From Desulfobacterales bacterium (GTDB lineage Bacteria > Desulfobacterota > Desulfobacteria > Desulfobacterales > Desulfococcaceae), in assembly GCA_041390465.1 (NCBI GenBank), contig JAWKPW010000001.1, positions 26,225 through 90,224 on the forward strand: DNA of 64,000 nucleotides. Direction: 5' to 3'. The translations under genes were made by a program, and so were the position numbers. A model generated the notes under the pieces. The model saw only the letters and a program-made list of their open reading frames with translations, did not search any database and was not told the DNA's origin. Below are positions 17,601 through 29,241 of the stretch, one piece after another; position 1 is the stretch's first letter, and each line of letters opens with the position of its first letter.

Positions 17601-19065
17601 CCATGTCACGGTGAAATTTTGGGTGGAAGACACCGGGATCGGAATTCCTGAAGACCGCAGAAATCTGCTGTTTCAGTCCTTTTCACAGACCGATGCCTCT
17701 GTTTCCCGAAAATACGGGGGCACAGGGCTGGGACTGGCCATTTCAAAACAACTGGCTGAACTTATGGGCGGCCGGGTCGGTGCGGAAAGTGAGGAAGGCA
17801 TGGGATCAGCCTTCTGGTTTACCGCAGTTTTTGAAAAAAGTGCATCCAAAAACGGTGTCCTGCCGCCGATGCAGTCCGGGTTGGAAGAAAAAATCTGCGA
17901 TAGGGACAAAAGCAGCGTCCTGCCCGCCGATCAGACAAAACCCATCCGCATTCTTGTGGCCGAAGACAATATTCCCAATCAGAAAGTGATACTGGCAGTT
18001 CTGAAAAAATTCGGTCTTGGGGCTGATATTGCCGGCAATGGCAGGGAAGCGGTGGATGCCCTCCGGAACAAAGCCTATGATCTGGTTTTTATGGATATAC
18101 AGATGCCGGAGATGGATGGCATCGAAGCTGCCCGGCTGATCCGTGATCCGGGTTCCGGGGTTCTGAATCCGGATATTCCCATTGTGGCCATGACTGCAAC
18201 TGCCACAAAAGCGGATCGGCAGAAATGTTTTGACGCGGGAATGAATGACTATATTTCAAAACCGATTGATATGGACAAACTGCTGTCCGTAATCACCACG
18301 CAGTTGTCAGTGAGCAGCTGTCCGTTGCCGCCAGACAATAATTCCTTGAAAACAGAGAACTCTTTGCTGACAGCAGAAATTTTCAACTGTCAGAATTTTC
18401 TGAAACGCATGGGCGGCGATGAGCTTCTGCTGAAGGAAATGATTGCAGAGATTCCCGCACATTTTTCCGAGGTGATCGCAGAACTGAAAAATGCCGCAGA
18501 CAGAGGGGATACAGAGAAAATACGGCATCTGGCACATTTTCTCAGGGGAATCAGCGCCAATGTTTCCGCGGAGCGGATAAGGGATATTGCCTGTCAGATG
18601 GAAATTGCAGGGGAAAAAGGGGAAACCGGCATGGTGCGGTCCCTGACAGACAGGCTGGAACAGGAAGCCGATCGTTTCCGGTCGGAGATCGCGGCCATGT
18701 TTCCGGGAATCTTTCAGACCGTTGAGGAACCGAAAGCAGAGGAATCGGAAAGAATGCCGGAAGAGCCAAAGTCTCTGCCGCGGGAAGTGATCCGGATGCT
18801 GGAAGCGGATTTTCTCCCGAAATGGGAGAAATACACAGCGGCATTTTTCATTGAGGAAACAGAGAATCTTGCAGGCGAACTCAGGCGCATCGGAACCGAA
18901 TGGCAACTGGGTTTTCTGAACCGCTACAGTGAAAAAATGCTCAGGGCGGTGCAGCAGTACAATTTCAGCGAATGGGAAAAACTTGTGGCACAGTTTCCGG
19001 AAATCATGGACAGAATCAGGAAAATAGCGGAACAGGCAAAGCAGAACGGGCTTCCGGAAGCTTAA
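14671..19065 (+). CDS. Hybrid sensor histidine kinase: signal peptide, two periplasmic solute-binding (SBP_bac_3-like) domains, TM, PAS domains, HisKA-HATPase, REC, Hpt, plus conserved C-terminal domain of unknown function
   Basis: 1464 aa. H-box '[14 protein letters not shown]', G-boxes '[10 protein letters not shown]', receiver '[14 protein letters not shown]', Hpt 'HFLRGISANVSAE'. N-terminal signal peptide 'MKTALKIVLLSAMLSLPLSLYA'. Confidence 0.9.
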   Translation: MKTALKIVLLSAMLSLPLSLYAENSGENPQGKSKDTLVISMSRFSPPLTFLNAEGNPAGLFVDIWKLWAEKTGREIEFLSSSFSESLENLKKGSADIHSGLAITPEREQWMAFSQPFYENLSCLFFPVKHGQILTVGELGGKKVGVVKNSSQEEYLRKHYPDIECVLFNSTQDAILSARDGKVRAVAYSCITASADIMKLGLSGEFEYGRDILYTTGVHAGVAKENKDLLALIDKGFDAISNSELHEIEKRWIPDPEKRHYRPDAKIIRLTAKEEAWLKSHRTVRVGLAPDFPPLRIHTKEGIKGFTMDYLELISQRGGIQFQYVPVELAETDAKLQSREIDMFHSFAVPKRLEYALFTKPFTEFKILIITRSDAPFMDGISALRGRNVAVLKGIGIYNEMVSPYPDIERIEMDRMEDLFKAVSESGVYATLSAPLFAGYLMQNYPNLKIGGVADHANVPFLYAVRGDWPELVSIVNKVLASVTREEQDAIFQKWCRVQVEYRANWSEILKWIYTVTIFFVLVLGISLYWNRKLAKEISERRRTEESLRHSEERFRAIFEYAAIGIALVDADAELVMANSAMECFTGYTGEELRRAGIAAATHPDDWTPDIQLFTELREGKHSHYSIEKRYVRKDGQILWGRLTVSGIRDAAGNLTHAIGMVEDITERRQTEELLREKERLLSDIINFLPDATFVIDTQGKVLAWNRAMEVMSGKNAEEMLGRGNYEYALPFYGERRAALIDLALASSPNIEKTYAQMQRSGETIIAEGCCPNLPAGIRWLFGHARVLRNLKGELVGAIESLRDITDSKTAETELKKAKEAAESATRAKSEFLANMSHEIRTPMNAVVNMTRLLLDTDLNQEQREYAETAMASSEILLSLINDILDFSKIEAGKLELENRDFRLRDIVEPLAKMMKQKTEEKGLCLTYGIEPDVPSWVKGDPVRVRQILLNFLNNAVKFTDRGGITVSISLENQTDTHVTVKFWVEDTGIGIPEDRRNLLFQSFSQTDASVSRKYGGTGLGLAISKQLAELMGGRVGAESEEGMGSAFWFTAVFEKSASKNGVLPPMQSGLEEKICDRDKSSVLPADQTKPIRILVAEDNIPNQKVILAVLKKFGLGADIAGNGREAVDALRNKAYDLVFMDIQMPEMDGIEAARLIRDPGSGVLNPDIPIVAMTATATKADRQKCFDAGMNDYISKPIDMDKLLSVITTQLSVSSCPLPPDNNSLKTENSLLTAEIFNCQNFLKRMGGDELLLKEMIAEIPAHFSEVIAELKNAADRGDTEKIRHLAHFLRGISANVSAERIRDIACQMEIAGEKGETGMVRSLTDRLEQEADRFRSEIAAMFPGIFQTVEEPKAEESERMPEEPKSLPREVIRMLEADFLPKWEKYTAAFFIEETENLAGELRRIGTEWQLGFLNRYSEKMLRAVQQYNFSEWEKLVAQFPEIMDRIRKIAEQAKQNGLPEA

Positions 19066-19119
19066 GCCACTTTCAGGCCGGCAGTTTGAGCAGGTGCCGA
19101 AAGTTCAGGAGAAACGCCA

Positions 19120-22100
19120 ATGGAAATCTCCGTAAAAAATTATACGTTGTCAAAAAAACTTTATGAAAGTTCAAACTCACTGGTTTTCAGAGCCTTCCGG
19201 AATCAGGACGGAAAACCCGTCATTCTGAAAATGCTCAGGGAAGCCCGTCCCTCTCCCGAACGGATTGCATGGTTCAGGCGTGAATATGAAATAAACCGGA
19301 AGATGCGACTTTCGGGCATTCCTGATATTTATGAACTTAAAAACGAAGATAACCGCTGGATGATGGTAATGGAAGATTTTGGCGGAGATTCACTGCATGT
19401 TTTAAAGATTGCCGGAAACACGGATTTGCAGAATTTTCTTGCACTGGCCGTAAAAATTGCGGAAATTGTCGGCCAGATTCATCAACTGCATATCATTCAC
19501 AAAGACATCTGCCCGGCCAATATTGTGCTGAACCCTGCAGGCGGACAGGTCAAAATCATTGATTTCGGAATTTCCACAGTATTATCCCGTGAAAATCAGA
19601 CCTTCTGCAGCCCCGGCATTCTGCAGGGAAATCTGAATTATATTTCCCCGGAGCAGACCGGCCGCATGAACCGGGCAATGGATTATCGCACGGATTTTTA
19701 TTCGCTTGGCATAAGTTTTTATGAACTTCTCACAGGCCGCCTGCCTTTTCAGAGTGATGATCCCCTTGAACTGATTCACTGCCACCTTGCCAGACACGCG
19801 ACTGCTCCGTCTCTGCTTCTTTCATCAATGCCGGTCTTTCCCTTCCGCGAGGAACTGCGCCCTGTGCTTGACGCGGTTTCTTCCATCATTATGAAACTGA
19901 TGGCAAAGAACGCGCAGGATCGTTATCAGTCCGCCTGCGGCCTGATAACAGATTTGGAAAAATGCCTTTCCTTTGTTTCAGAACCCTTGTCCGCCATTGG
20001 TTTCACCCCCGGTTCCCAGGATGTTTCCGACCGATTCATGATTCCCCAGAAACTTTATGGCCGCAGCAGGGAAATTTCCCGTTTGCTTCAGTTGTTTGAT
20101 CAGACCTCCGCGGGAGAAAAGCATCTGATTCTGGTAAGCGGAGAACCGGGAGTTGGAAAATCTGCTTTGATTCAGGAGCTTTACAGACCAATCACTGAAA
20201 AACGGGCATATTTCCTTTCAGGCAAATTTGATCAGTATCAGCGCAATATCCCCTTTGTTGCATTCCGTCAGGCATTCCGCCAGTTCTGTGACCATCTGCT
20301 GACACAACGTTCGGAAGATCTTGCGGTCTGGAAAAAGAAAATTCTGGATGCAGTTGGTGACAGCGGGCAGGTTCTCATTGATGTGATTCCCCATCTTGAA
20401 TTTGTGATTGGAAAGCAGCCGGAGATTCCCCAAGTCGGTTTTCAGGAGTCCCAAAACCGCTTTTATCTGTATTTTCAGTATTTCATCAGAGCCATCTGCC
20501 AGCCGGAACATCCGCTGGTGATTTTTGCTGATGATTTGCAGTGGGCAGATGCTGCCTCGCTCCATCTCATCAAAGTGCTGATGTCAGATGCCCAAAGCAC
20601 AAATCTTATGATTATCGGTGCATTTCGTGACAATGAAGTTTTCCCAGGCCATCCTCTGATGATCATGCTGCAGGAAATGCAGGATTCCGCAATCACGGTT
20701 CACCGGATTCATGTTGAAAACCTCAGACCTGAAAATGTGCTGGAAATGACAGGGGACTGTCTGCACTCTGACGCGGAAAAAGTCAGACCTCTGGCGGATC
20801 TGATCTGTGAAAAAACTCTGGGCAATGCCTTTTTCCTGATTCAGTTTTTAAGCGGTCTTTATGATGACGGGCTTGTGAGATTTTCCCGCGAAGCAGGCTG
20901 GATCTGGGATGTGGAAAAGATCCGTTCAAGAGAAATCACAGACAATGCTGTTTCCTTTATGAGCGGAAAGATCCGGAAACTTCCCCCTGAGATTCAAAAC
21001 CTGCTGAAGCTGGCTTCCTGTCTGGGAAACCGTTTTGAGCTGAATGTCCTGTCCCATATCAGGGAAGGTTCACGGGAGGAGACAAATCTGCATATTTTTG
21101 AATGCGTCCGGGAAGGACTTCTGATTCCTCTGGATGATGCCTGCAAACTGATGCTGACCGCAGGAGAAAAAACCGGGGATGGCGGCTGGCTGCGCTTTGT
21201 TCATGATCGGGTCCAGCAGGCTGCATACATGCTGATGGATGAAAATCTGCGCAGGACAGCGCATTTGAAAATCGGCAGAGTGATGCTGAAAAACACGGAT
21301 CCGGCCCAACTGGAAAACCGGATTTTTGACATTGTCGGGCATCTGAATTTTCTTGCAGAAGACAGCTTCTCTGACAGCAGCCGGGAGGAAAAGACGGACA
21401 TCGCCCGGCTGAATCTGACAGCAGGCAAAAAAGCGATGGCCTCAGCAGCCTATGCTGCGGCACTCGGTTATCTGAAAACAGGGATCGGCCTGCTGGGGGA
21501 GAGCCGCTGGCAAACGCATTTTGATCTCGCGATGGAACTTTGCAGAGAAGCCGCGCAGGCTGCCTATCTTGCCGGAGATTATCCGGAAATGGAACAGCAT
21601 CTTGCAGATGCCGGGCATTATGCAAAGACAGTTGGGGACAAACTTCATGCCATTGAAATCCGCATTCTTGCGCTGCAGGCACAAAACAGACTGGAAGCGG
21701 CCATCCAAACCGGACTGTCCGGATTAAAGGAACTGGGATGTGAATTTCCGGAAAATCCGACACCTGAAAATATGGAAGAAACACTGCGTCATACCATGCA
21801 GCAGATATCCCAAAAGGGATTTGAAGGCATTGTCTCTCTTCCGGAAATGACGGACCCGCAGCAGTATGCTGTCAGTCAGCTTCTGGGAACCCTGACCACA
21901 CTGGCCATTATGGTGGCACACAGTCTGCTGCCCCTGATTGTGTGCAGACAGATCCGCATCTCCCTGACATACGGAACAAATCCGGCATCATCTTTCGGAT
22001 ATGTGACCTGCGGCATCATTCTGTGCAATATTGCCAATGACATTGCCTCCGGATACCGCATGGGCCGTGCGGGCCTGGCATTGGCACAGCGCGGGGAGAG

Positions 22101-25100
22101 CGGAACATATCTGCAAAAAACGAAATTTTATTTTCATACGTTTATCCAGCACTGGAAAGAGCATCTGGAGGAAACTGTCCGGCCCCTGCATGAAAACTTT
22201 CTCTCTGCAATGGAAGCCGGACTGCTGGATTTTGCCGCATATTCTGCCGCAAATTATGTTCTCAGCCTGTTTTTCACTGGCAGAGAGCTGACAGAGGTTG
22301 AAAAAAAGACAGAGAAATACGCGCAGGCAATCCAAAACATCCGCCAGATGAATGTCTATTACTGGGTCAAAGCCATGCACCAGGCAGTGCAGAATCTGCT
22401 GGGACAGTCCCCATGCCCCTGGCGGCTGGCAGGCAGAGCCTATGAGGAAGAAAAAATAAGCGCATTTCTGTCAGCCGGAGATGTTTCTCTGCAAACCCAG
22501 AGCAATATTTACAGATGCATGCTGTGCTATCTGTTTGGGCGGTATCAGCAGACTGTGGCGTATGCACGGGAAAGTGTTCCCAATGCCCAGCCCATCTTCG
22601 GACATCCGCTGCTTCCCCTGCTTTACTGGTATGAATCTCTGGGAAATCTTGCTCTCTTTCCAGAATGTTCCCCCGCAGAGCAGGTGCGGATGCTTGAGAC
22701 CGTGAACAGCAATCAGCAGAAGATGAAGCTTTGGGCTGATCATGCCCCCATGAATCATCTGCACAAATACTGTCTGGTGGAGGCTGAACTCTGCCGTGTC
22801 ACCGGAAAGCATGGAGATGCAAGGGAATATTATGACAAAGCCATAAAACTTGCCAAAGAAAATGAATATCTTCAGGAATATGCTCTGGCAAATGAGCTGG
22901 CCGGGAAATTTTGCATTGAAAAAGGACTTCCCAAAATCGCCAAAATCTATCTCAGAGAAGCCCATTATGCCTACCGGCTTTGGGGTGCAACTGCCAAAGT
23001 CAGTCATTTTGAAAAATCTTACAGATCTTTTTTAAAACCAAAAGAATCAGAGGAAAAGATTTCCTCCCTCACTTCCGTCACCGGAACAGACAGTGCGCAG
23101 ATTTCCTCTTTGCTGGATATTGCCAGCATTGTCAAGGCATCGCAGGCAATTTCAGAAAAAATCATCCTCAATGATTTGCTGAGGAAACTCATGTCTGTCA
23201 TGATGGAAAATGCCGGAGCGCAAAAAGGTTTTTTGCTGCTGGAACGGGGCGGTCATCTGCATATTGAAGCCGAGTCCGGCAGAGAAGAGCAGCCCCTGAA
23301 AGGACTGACTCCTGAAGAGGCCGGAGAGCATCTGAGCCAGGCCATTGTGAATTTTGCATTTCGCACGCATTCGAGCGTGGTATTGAATGATGCAGCCAAT
23401 GAAGGGGAGTATATGACAGACTGGCATGTAAGCAGATACCGTCCCAAATCTGTTTTGTGCATGCCCATTGTCGGACGCGGCCACTGTCTTGGGGTTTTGT
23501 ATCTGGAGAACAGTCTGAGCACACACGGTTTTCCAAAAGAACGGCTGGAAATTCTGGGCATTCTGGCAGTGCAGGCCGCCATCTCCATTGAAAACGCACG
23601 CCTGTATGCCAGTCTGGAACAGCGCGTAACAGAACGCACAGTCCAATTGGAAAAAGCCAATCAAAAACTGGAAGAAAGCCGGGAAATGTTTTCCACTTTC
23701 ATGGATTATCTGCCTGCGCCTGCCTTTGTCAAGGATGATGAATCAAGAACCCTGTATGTGAACCGGTATTTCAAAGATTTGTTCGGGAATGAATGGGAAG
23801 GAAAATCTGTGATGGAACTTTTTCCCGAACCGGTTGCCAAAGCCATGATGGAAGATGATCGCAGGGCACTGGCACAGGGCATGGTTCAGAATATTGAAAC
23901 CGTTCCGGACAGATATGGGGGAAACAGGATTTTTCAGACCCTGAAATTCCGTCTGGGAAATTCCAGCAGGATCGGGGGGTTCGGCATTGATGTCACAGAG
24001 CTGAAGCAGGCAAAGGAAGCCGCGGAAATCGCAAATCGCGCCAAATCCGAATTCCTGGCCAATATGAGCCATGAAATCCGCACCCCCATGAATGCGCTTG
24101 TGAACATGACCCGTCTGCTGCTGGATACAGAACTGGATGGGGAACAGCGGGATTATGCAGAAACCGCAGTCATGTCATCGGAAATCCTGCTTTCCCTGAT
24201 CAATGACATTCTGGATTTTTCCAAAATTGAGGCAGGGAAACTGGATCTGGAGAAAAGTGATTTCAGCCTCAGGGATATCCTTGAATCTGCTGTCAGGATT
24301 CTCAGGCCCAAAGCAGAGGAAAAAGGGCTGCGCGTGACACACCGTCTTGATCCCAATCTTCCTTCCCATGTTTCAGGCGATCCGGTGCGGGTGCGCCAGA
24401 TTCTGCTGAATTTTCTGAACAATGCAGTCAAATTCACAAAAAAGGGAGACATAGCTGTCCGTGTGCTTGCAGAGGATCAGACAGAGACACACTGCACCGT
24501 GAGATTTGAAGTGGCAGACACAGGTGCGGGGATTCCCGAAAAGCTCAGAAACCGCATGTTTCAGCCCTTTTCCCAGGCTGACAGCTCAACCACGCGGAAA
24601 TACGGGGGCACAGGACTTGGGCTGGCCATTTCCAGACAGATCGCGGAACTTATGGGAGGCACAGTCAGTTTTGAAAGTGAGGAGGGCCGGGGATCAACGT
24701 TCCGGTTCACCGCAAGAATGCGGAAGGCGGAAAGAAAAATGTCTGATGATGAATGCAGAACACCCAGGGAAGCAGACCGCTTCTCCATCCACGGTGCGCA
24801 GTCAGACACTCATCCGCCATTGCACATTCTTGTGGCCGAAGACAATGTCTTCAACCAGAAGGTGGTATCGGCAATTCTGAAAAAATTCGATCTTGCGGCC
24901 GACATTGCCGAAAATGGAAGGGAAACAGTGGATGCGCTTCGCAGCAGGCCCTATGATCTGGTTTTCATGGATATACAGATGCCGGAAATGGACGGACTCA
25001 CGGCTGCCCGAACCATCCGCGATCCGGATTCCGGGGTTCTCAATCCCTGTATTCCCATCATTGCCATGACTGCAAATGCAACAAAGGAAGACAGACGGAA

Positions 25101-25932
25101 ATGCCTTGAAGCCGGAATGAATGACTATATTCCAAAACCCATTGATCCGGAAAAACTGATTTCCGTTATCCGGGAACAGTTGTCAGTGAAAACAGAGCCG
25201 TGCCTGTCAAAAAGAGATTCCCTGAAAACAGAGACCTGCTCCCTGAGCGCTGAAATTTTCAACCGCGCGGATTTCCTGAGGAGACTGGGCGGAGACGAGG
25301 GGATTATGCGGAGAATTTTGTCAGGCATACCGGAAAATCTGGCAGGAGGGATCAGGAAACTGAGATCCGCGGCAGAAGAAAATGATGCGGAAAAAATACA
25401 GTTTTATGCACACAGCATCAGGGGGATCAGTGCCAATATCTCGGCAGAAAGAATAAGGGATGCTGCCTGTGAAATTGAAAATGCAGGGAAAAAGGGTGAA
25501 ACAGACACGGTGCGCGCGCTGACGGACCGGCTGGAACGGGAAGCGGATGCGTTCCGGTCAGTGATTTCAGCCATGTTTCCGGAACTTTTTCAGGCCATTG
25601 AAAAATCTGAACATGCGCAGGAATCTGAAATGATCTCGGAACAGACAGGGCTCCGCATACCGGAACTGATCCGGATGCTGGAAAATAATCTGCTTCCGGA
25701 ATGGGAAAAATGCAAGGATATATTTTTTATTGATGAAACCGAAAAATTTGCTGCGCAGTTGAAGTGCATCGGAACAGAATATCAGCTCGGCTTTCTGATC
25801 CGCTACAGCCGGGAGCTGCATGCGGCTGTGCAGAATTACAATTTCACCCAATGGGAAAAACGTATGTCTGAATTTCCGCAGATTGTCAGCAGAATCAGGA
25901 AACTGGCAGAAAACGGGCCCATCTCCGGCTGA
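19120..25932 (+). CDS. Giant multi-domain signalling protein: Ser/Thr protein kinase, AAA/NACHT-like ATPase, TPR-like region, GAF, PAS, HisKA-HATPase, REC, Hpt, plus the same C-terminal unknown domain
   Basis: 2270 aa. STK motifs '[11 protein letters not shown]', 'DFGIS'. P-loop '[10 protein letters not shown]'. GAF and PAS in the middle. HK/REC/Hpt module about 80% identical in protein to the C-terminus of the upstream kinase. Confidence 0.9.
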   Translation: MEISVKNYTLSKKLYESSNSLVFRAFRNQDGKPVILKMLREARPSPERIAWFRREYEINRKMRLSGIPDIYELKNEDNRWMMVMEDFGGDSLHVLKIAGNTDLQNFLALAVKIAEIVGQIHQLHIIHKDICPANIVLNPAGGQVKIIDFGISTVLSRENQTFCSPGILQGNLNYISPEQTGRMNRAMDYRTDFYSLGISFYELLTGRLPFQSDDPLELIHCHLARHATAPSLLLSSMPVFPFREELRPVLDAVSSIIMKLMAKNAQDRYQSACGLITDLEKCLSFVSEPLSAIGFTPGSQDVSDRFMIPQKLYGRSREISRLLQLFDQTSAGEKHLILVSGEPGVGKSALIQELYRPITEKRAYFLSGKFDQYQRNIPFVAFRQAFRQFCDHLLTQRSEDLAVWKKKILDAVGDSGQVLIDVIPHLEFVIGKQPEIPQVGFQESQNRFYLYFQYFIRAICQPEHPLVIFADDLQWADAASLHLIKVLMSDAQSTNLMIIGAFRDNEVFPGHPLMIMLQEMQDSAITVHRIHVENLRPENVLEMTGDCLHSDAEKVRPLADLICEKTLGNAFFLIQFLSGLYDDGLVRFSREAGWIWDVEKIRSREITDNAVSFMSGKIRKLPPEIQNLLKLASCLGNRFELNVLSHIREGSREETNLHIFECVREGLLIPLDDACKLMLTAGEKTGDGGWLRFVHDRVQQAAYMLMDENLRRTAHLKIGRVMLKNTDPAQLENRIFDIVGHLNFLAEDSFSDSSREEKTDIARLNLTAGKKAMASAAYAAALGYLKTGIGLLGESRWQTHFDLAMELCREAAQAAYLAGDYPEMEQHLADAGHYAKTVGDKLHAIEIRILALQAQNRLEAAIQTGLSGLKELGCEFPENPTPENMEETLRHTMQQISQKGFEGIVSLPEMTDPQQYAVSQLLGTLTTLAIMVAHSLLPLIVCRQIRISLTYGTNPASSFGYVTCGIILCNIANDIASGYRMGRAGLALAQRGESGTYLQKTKFYFHTFIQHWKEHLEETVRPLHENFLSAMEAGLLDFAAYSAANYVLSLFFTGRELTEVEKKTEKYAQAIQNIRQMNVYYWVKAMHQAVQNLLGQSPCPWRLAGRAYEEEKISAFLSAGDVSLQTQSNIYRCMLCYLFGRYQQTVAYARESVPNAQPIFGHPLLPLLYWYESLGNLALFPECSPAEQVRMLETVNSNQQKMKLWADHAPMNHLHKYCLVEAELCRVTGKHGDAREYYDKAIKLAKENEYLQEYALANELAGKFCIEKGLPKIAKIYLREAHYAYRLWGATAKVSHFEKSYRSFLKPKESEEKISSLTSVTGTDSAQISSLLDIASIVKASQAISEKIILNDLLRKLMSVMMENAGAQKGFLLLERGGHLHIEAESGREEQPLKGLTPEEAGEHLSQAIVNFAFRTHSSVVLNDAANEGEYMTDWHVSRYRPKSVLCMPIVGRGHCLGVLYLENSLSTHGFPKERLEILGILAVQAAISIENARLYASLEQRVTERTVQLEKANQKLEESREMFSTFMDYLPAPAFVKDDESRTLYVNRYFKDLFGNEWEGKSVMELFPEPVAKAMMEDDRRALAQGMVQNIETVPDRYGGNRIFQTLKFRLGNSSRIGGFGIDVTELKQAKEAAEIANRAKSEFLANMSHEIRTPMNALVNMTRLLLDTELDGEQRDYAETAVMSSEILLSLINDILDFSKIEAGKLDLEKSDFSLRDILESAVRILRPKAEEKGLRVTHRLDPNLPSHVSGDPVRVRQILLNFLNNAVKFTKKGDIAVRVLAEDQTETHCTVRFEVADTGAGIPEKLRNRMFQPFSQADSSTTRKYGGTGLGLAISRQIAELMGGTVSFESEEGRGSTFRFTARMRKAERKMSDDECRTPREADRFSIHGAQSDTHPPLHILVAEDNVFNQKVVSAILKKFDLAADIAENGRETVDALRSRPYDLVFMDIQMPEMDGLTAARTIRDPDSGVLNPCIPIIAMTANATKEDRRKCLEAGMNDYIPKPIDPEKLISVIREQLSVKTEPCLSKRDSLKTETCSLSAEIFNRADFLRRLGGDEGIMRRILSGIPENLAGGIRKLRSAAEENDAEKIQFYAHSIRGISANISAERIRDAACEIENAGKKGETDTVRALTDRLEREADAFRSVISAMFPELFQAIEKSEHAQESEMISEQTGLRIPELIRMLENNLLPEWEKCKDIFFIDETEKFAAQLKCIGTEYQLGFLIRYSRELHAAVQNYNFTQWEKRMSEFPQIVSRIRKLAENGPISG

Positions 25933-26249
25933 TCTGTTTTGCGCATGTTCAAGAGGAAATGTGCAATAAAAATATCCCGAAGAGTTTACATCCGGCCCCC
26001 AAAATTGTATGAATTGTCCGTTTTCACCGGTTTTTCAGAGATTCCCGGAATCACAGCCGTGATCCGGAACCTCTCACGCGATTCAGACGCAGGATAACGG
26101 AAACGGCAATGGCGGATTTCAGCGGAAATTTTATGGAATCACTGACATGGCGGAAACATGGCACAGATTGCGGATAAGCGGCTCAAAAGGGAACCCGGTT
26201 CCTCTTTGGAGGAATCTTTATTTTGGGATAAAAAAACAAAGGAATTCAG

Positions 26250-28816
26250 ATGAATACGGAAATGATTGCCGGTCTTTCACAGACCGGGGCAGCAGCGCGT
26301 CTGGCGGAAGAGGGATACAATGAACTGCCTGCTGCGAGGAAACGGCAGATCTGGCAGATTGCATTGGAAATCGTGCGGGAGCCCATGTTCCTGCTTCTGC
26401 TGTCCTGCGGCCTTCTGTATCTGCTGTCCGGAGAGATTCAGGAAGCCGTGATGCTGCTGGGCTTTGTCTTTGCGGTCATGGGCATCACCTTTTATCAGGA
26501 GCGCAAAAGCGAGCGTGCGCTGGAGGCTCTGCGGGAGTTGGCCAGTCCCTTGGCACGGGTAATCCGGGATGGGGAAAAAATGCGCATTCCGGGCCGGGAA
26601 GTGGTGCGCGAAGATATTCTTCTGCTCAGTGAGGGAGACCGGGTTCCGGCTGATGCGCGAATTCTTGACTGCCTGAATCTGTCTGCGGATGAATCCCTGC
26701 TTACCGGTGAATCCGTGCCGGTGCGCAAAGTCCGTTTTGCAGAAAACAGCCGTCATTCAGCAGCACCGGCAGCAGCACCGGGCGGAGATGATCAGCCCTT
26801 TGTCTATTCCGGTTCCCTGATTGTAAGCGGACAGGGCATTGCGCAGGTCATGCGCACGGGCGCGGAAACGGAAATCGGCAAAATCGGCAAAGCCCTTCAC
26901 GGTCTGGACCCGGAAGACACGCCTTTGCAGCAGCAGACTGCAAAACTGGTGCGCAATCTGGCTGTCATGGGACTGATGCTCTGCATTTTTGTGGTCATTG
27001 TATTCGGTCTCACGCGGGGAGACTGGCTCCACGCATTTCTGGCCGGGCTGTCTTTGGCAATGGCCATGCTGCCGGAAGAATTTCCTGTTGTCCTGACCAT
27101 TTTTCTGGCCATCGGAGCCTGGCGCATTTCCCGGCACAATGTGCTGACGCGGCGGGTTCCTGCTGTGGAAACTCTGGGTTCGGCCACTGTGCTGTGTGTG
27201 GACAAAACCGGAACCCTGACCCAAAACCGCATGACTGTCAGTGATTTGTATGCCAATGGCCGGTTCATGGAAATCGGTTCCGGTCTCAGCTCTCTGCCCG
27301 AGGAATTTCATGAAGTGGTGGAATACAGTCTGCTGGCCAGTCCGTCCGATCCCTTTGATCCCATGGAAAAAGCCATGAAGGAACTGGGAACGGCAACTCT
27401 GGCACATACCGAGCATCTGCACAAAGACCGGATTCTGGAGCGGGAATATCCTCTTTCGCAGGAACTGCTGGCCATGTCCCGCGTCTGGCGATCCCCCGAG
27501 GGAAAGGATTATATCATTGCGGCCAAAGGCGCACCCGAGGCCATTGCGGATCTCTGCCATTTCAGCCCGGAGCAGAATCGGGACCTGTGCAAGGCCATTG
27601 CGGAACTCAGCAGCAGGGGACGCCGCGTCATCGGGGTGGCCAGCGCGCGTTTTCGCAAAAGCCGACTGCCCGGAGAGCAGCACGCGTTCCATTTCACCTT
27701 TGAGGGGCTGCTGGGACTCACAGATCCGCTCCGTCCGGGTGTGCGTGAAGCCATTGCCGAATGCTACCGTGCCGGTATCCGCACCATCATGATTACCGGA
27801 GATTATCCCGGCACAGCCCGCAACATTGCCCGCCAGCTTGGTCTGAAAAATCCCGATGAGTACCTCACCGGTCCGGAACTTGCGGAAATGGAGGAAGAAG
27901 AACTGGCCCGGCGTGCGCGGGAGGTGAACATCTTTGCCCGAATGGTTCCGGAACAGAAACTGGGGCTGGTGGAGGCTTTGAAGAAAAACAGGGAGGTGGT
28001 GGCCATGACCGGAGACGGCGTAAATGACGCGCCCGCGCTCAAAGCCGCGCATATCGGCATTGCCATGGGCGGCAGAGGAACCGATGTCGCTCGCGAAGCT
28101 GCTTCTCTGGTTTTGCTGGATGATGATTTTTCTTCCATTGTGAAAGCCGTGAAAATGGGGCGCAGAATTTTTGCCAATCTCCGCAAGGCCATGCGCTATA
28201 TCTTTTCCGTGCACGTCCCCATTGCGGGCATGTCCCTGATGCCGGTGCTGTTTCACTGGCCTTTGGCCCTGTTTCCGGTTCACATTGTGTTTCTGGAACT
28301 GATCATAGATCCGGCCTGCTCCATTGTGTTTGAGGCAGAGGAAGCGGAAAAAGACTGCATGGATCAGCCGCCCCGTGATCCCGGAGAGCCTTTGTTCGGA
28401 AAGCAGGCCGTGCTCATCAGTCTGATGCAGGGGCTGGTCATTCTCTGTGCCGTGCTGATTATTTACGGATGGGCTTTGACCGTTCACGGAGAGCAATCCG
28501 CGCGTGCGCTGGCTTTCATGACTCTGGTGATTTCCAATCTGGCCCTGATTTTTGCCAACCGCTCCGAAACCCGCTCCATCCCTGGCAGCCATCGTGGACC
28601 CAACGAGGCACTGTGGTGGATCAACGGCGCAACCATGCTCATGTGATTCTGGTCATGACTCTTCCCTTTTTTCATGCCCTGTTTCAGTTCTGTTATGTGA
28701 GGCCCGCTGATATTGCTTACTGCCTGCTCGCGGGATTTGGCTGCATTCTCCTTCTGGAAGCACTGAAAACCCGGTTCATGCGAAAGATACTGGGAGGAAA
28801 CAGGGAAATGGCGTGA
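26250..28816 (+). CDS. P-type cation-transporting ATPase (P2-type, Ca2+/Mg2+-like) with a frameshift near 28640
   Basis: 'DKTGTLT' phosphorylation motif, 'TGDGVNDAPAL' hinge. ORF 26250..28646 ends after TM9. The last TM ('VILVMTLPFFHALFQF...LEALKTRF') continues in ORF 28469..28816 in another frame. A 1-nt indel at 'ATGCTCATGTGATTCTG' restores one ~855-aa protein. Confidence 0.85.
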
Positions 28817-28965
28817 AGTTGCAGGCTGGTCATGAAAACCTGCATTCCGTCATGGTGCTGCATAACCACCTTGAATTTTGGATAATCAGCGCAGGTCTGA
28901 TTAGCGTGAGCATACTCCGGCACGGTGATTTTGATAAGTAACCGTTCATATATTTTCGACTGTTA

Positions 28966-29000
28966 TAAACCCTGAGGGTTTTGAAAACCCTCAGGGTTTC
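28966..29000. terminator. Perfect hairpin (AACCCTGAGGGTTTT / AAAACCCTCAGGGTT) downstream of the P-type ATPase
   Basis: 15-bp perfect stem with a 2-nt loop; no strong T-tract on the plus side. Confidence 0.35.
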
Positions 29001-29021
29001 AGAATTTAACTTATACCAATT

Positions 29022-29150
29022 CTCTGCTGAAACCATACGCTGCGGAAGGCAAAGCCGGTTCTCCGCAAATTTTGACAGTGCTGTCTTTTTTTGTGTCCTT
29101 TGCGGTAAAAAAAAGCATGGTTTCAAAGGAGAATCGGTATTATAAGCGGT
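29022..29150. repeat. Copies of dispersed intergenic repeat modules A (reverse orientation) and B
   Basis: 29022-29068 is the reverse complement of the module 'GCGGAGAA(C/T)CGGCTTTGCCTTC..GTATGGTTTCA(A/G)CAGAG' seen at 57887-57949. 29112-29149 'AAGCATGGTTTCAAAGGAGAATCGGTATTATAAGCGG' recurs at 45467, 59875 and 57921. Confidence 0.7.
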
Positions 29151-29241
29151 TGCTTAATATAAAAACTGACGTGATCATGCAGTACTGCAAAAATCGTCAG
29201 AGGGCAAAAAGGGGAGATATGCTGCCTGCTTCATCGCAGCA

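Noticed and set aside
16912-17604. 230-aa minus-strand ORF and similar antisense ORFs inside the two giant kinase genes (e.g. 21059..21784, 22471..23007, 23152..23664)
   Set aside because: All are embedded antisense in long, motif-rich kinase ORFs.
26757-28592. 611-aa minus-strand ORF
   Set aside because: It is entirely antisense to the P-type ATPase gene. Low-complexity Arg/Gly/His-rich translation typical of a shadow ORF in GC-rich coding DNA.
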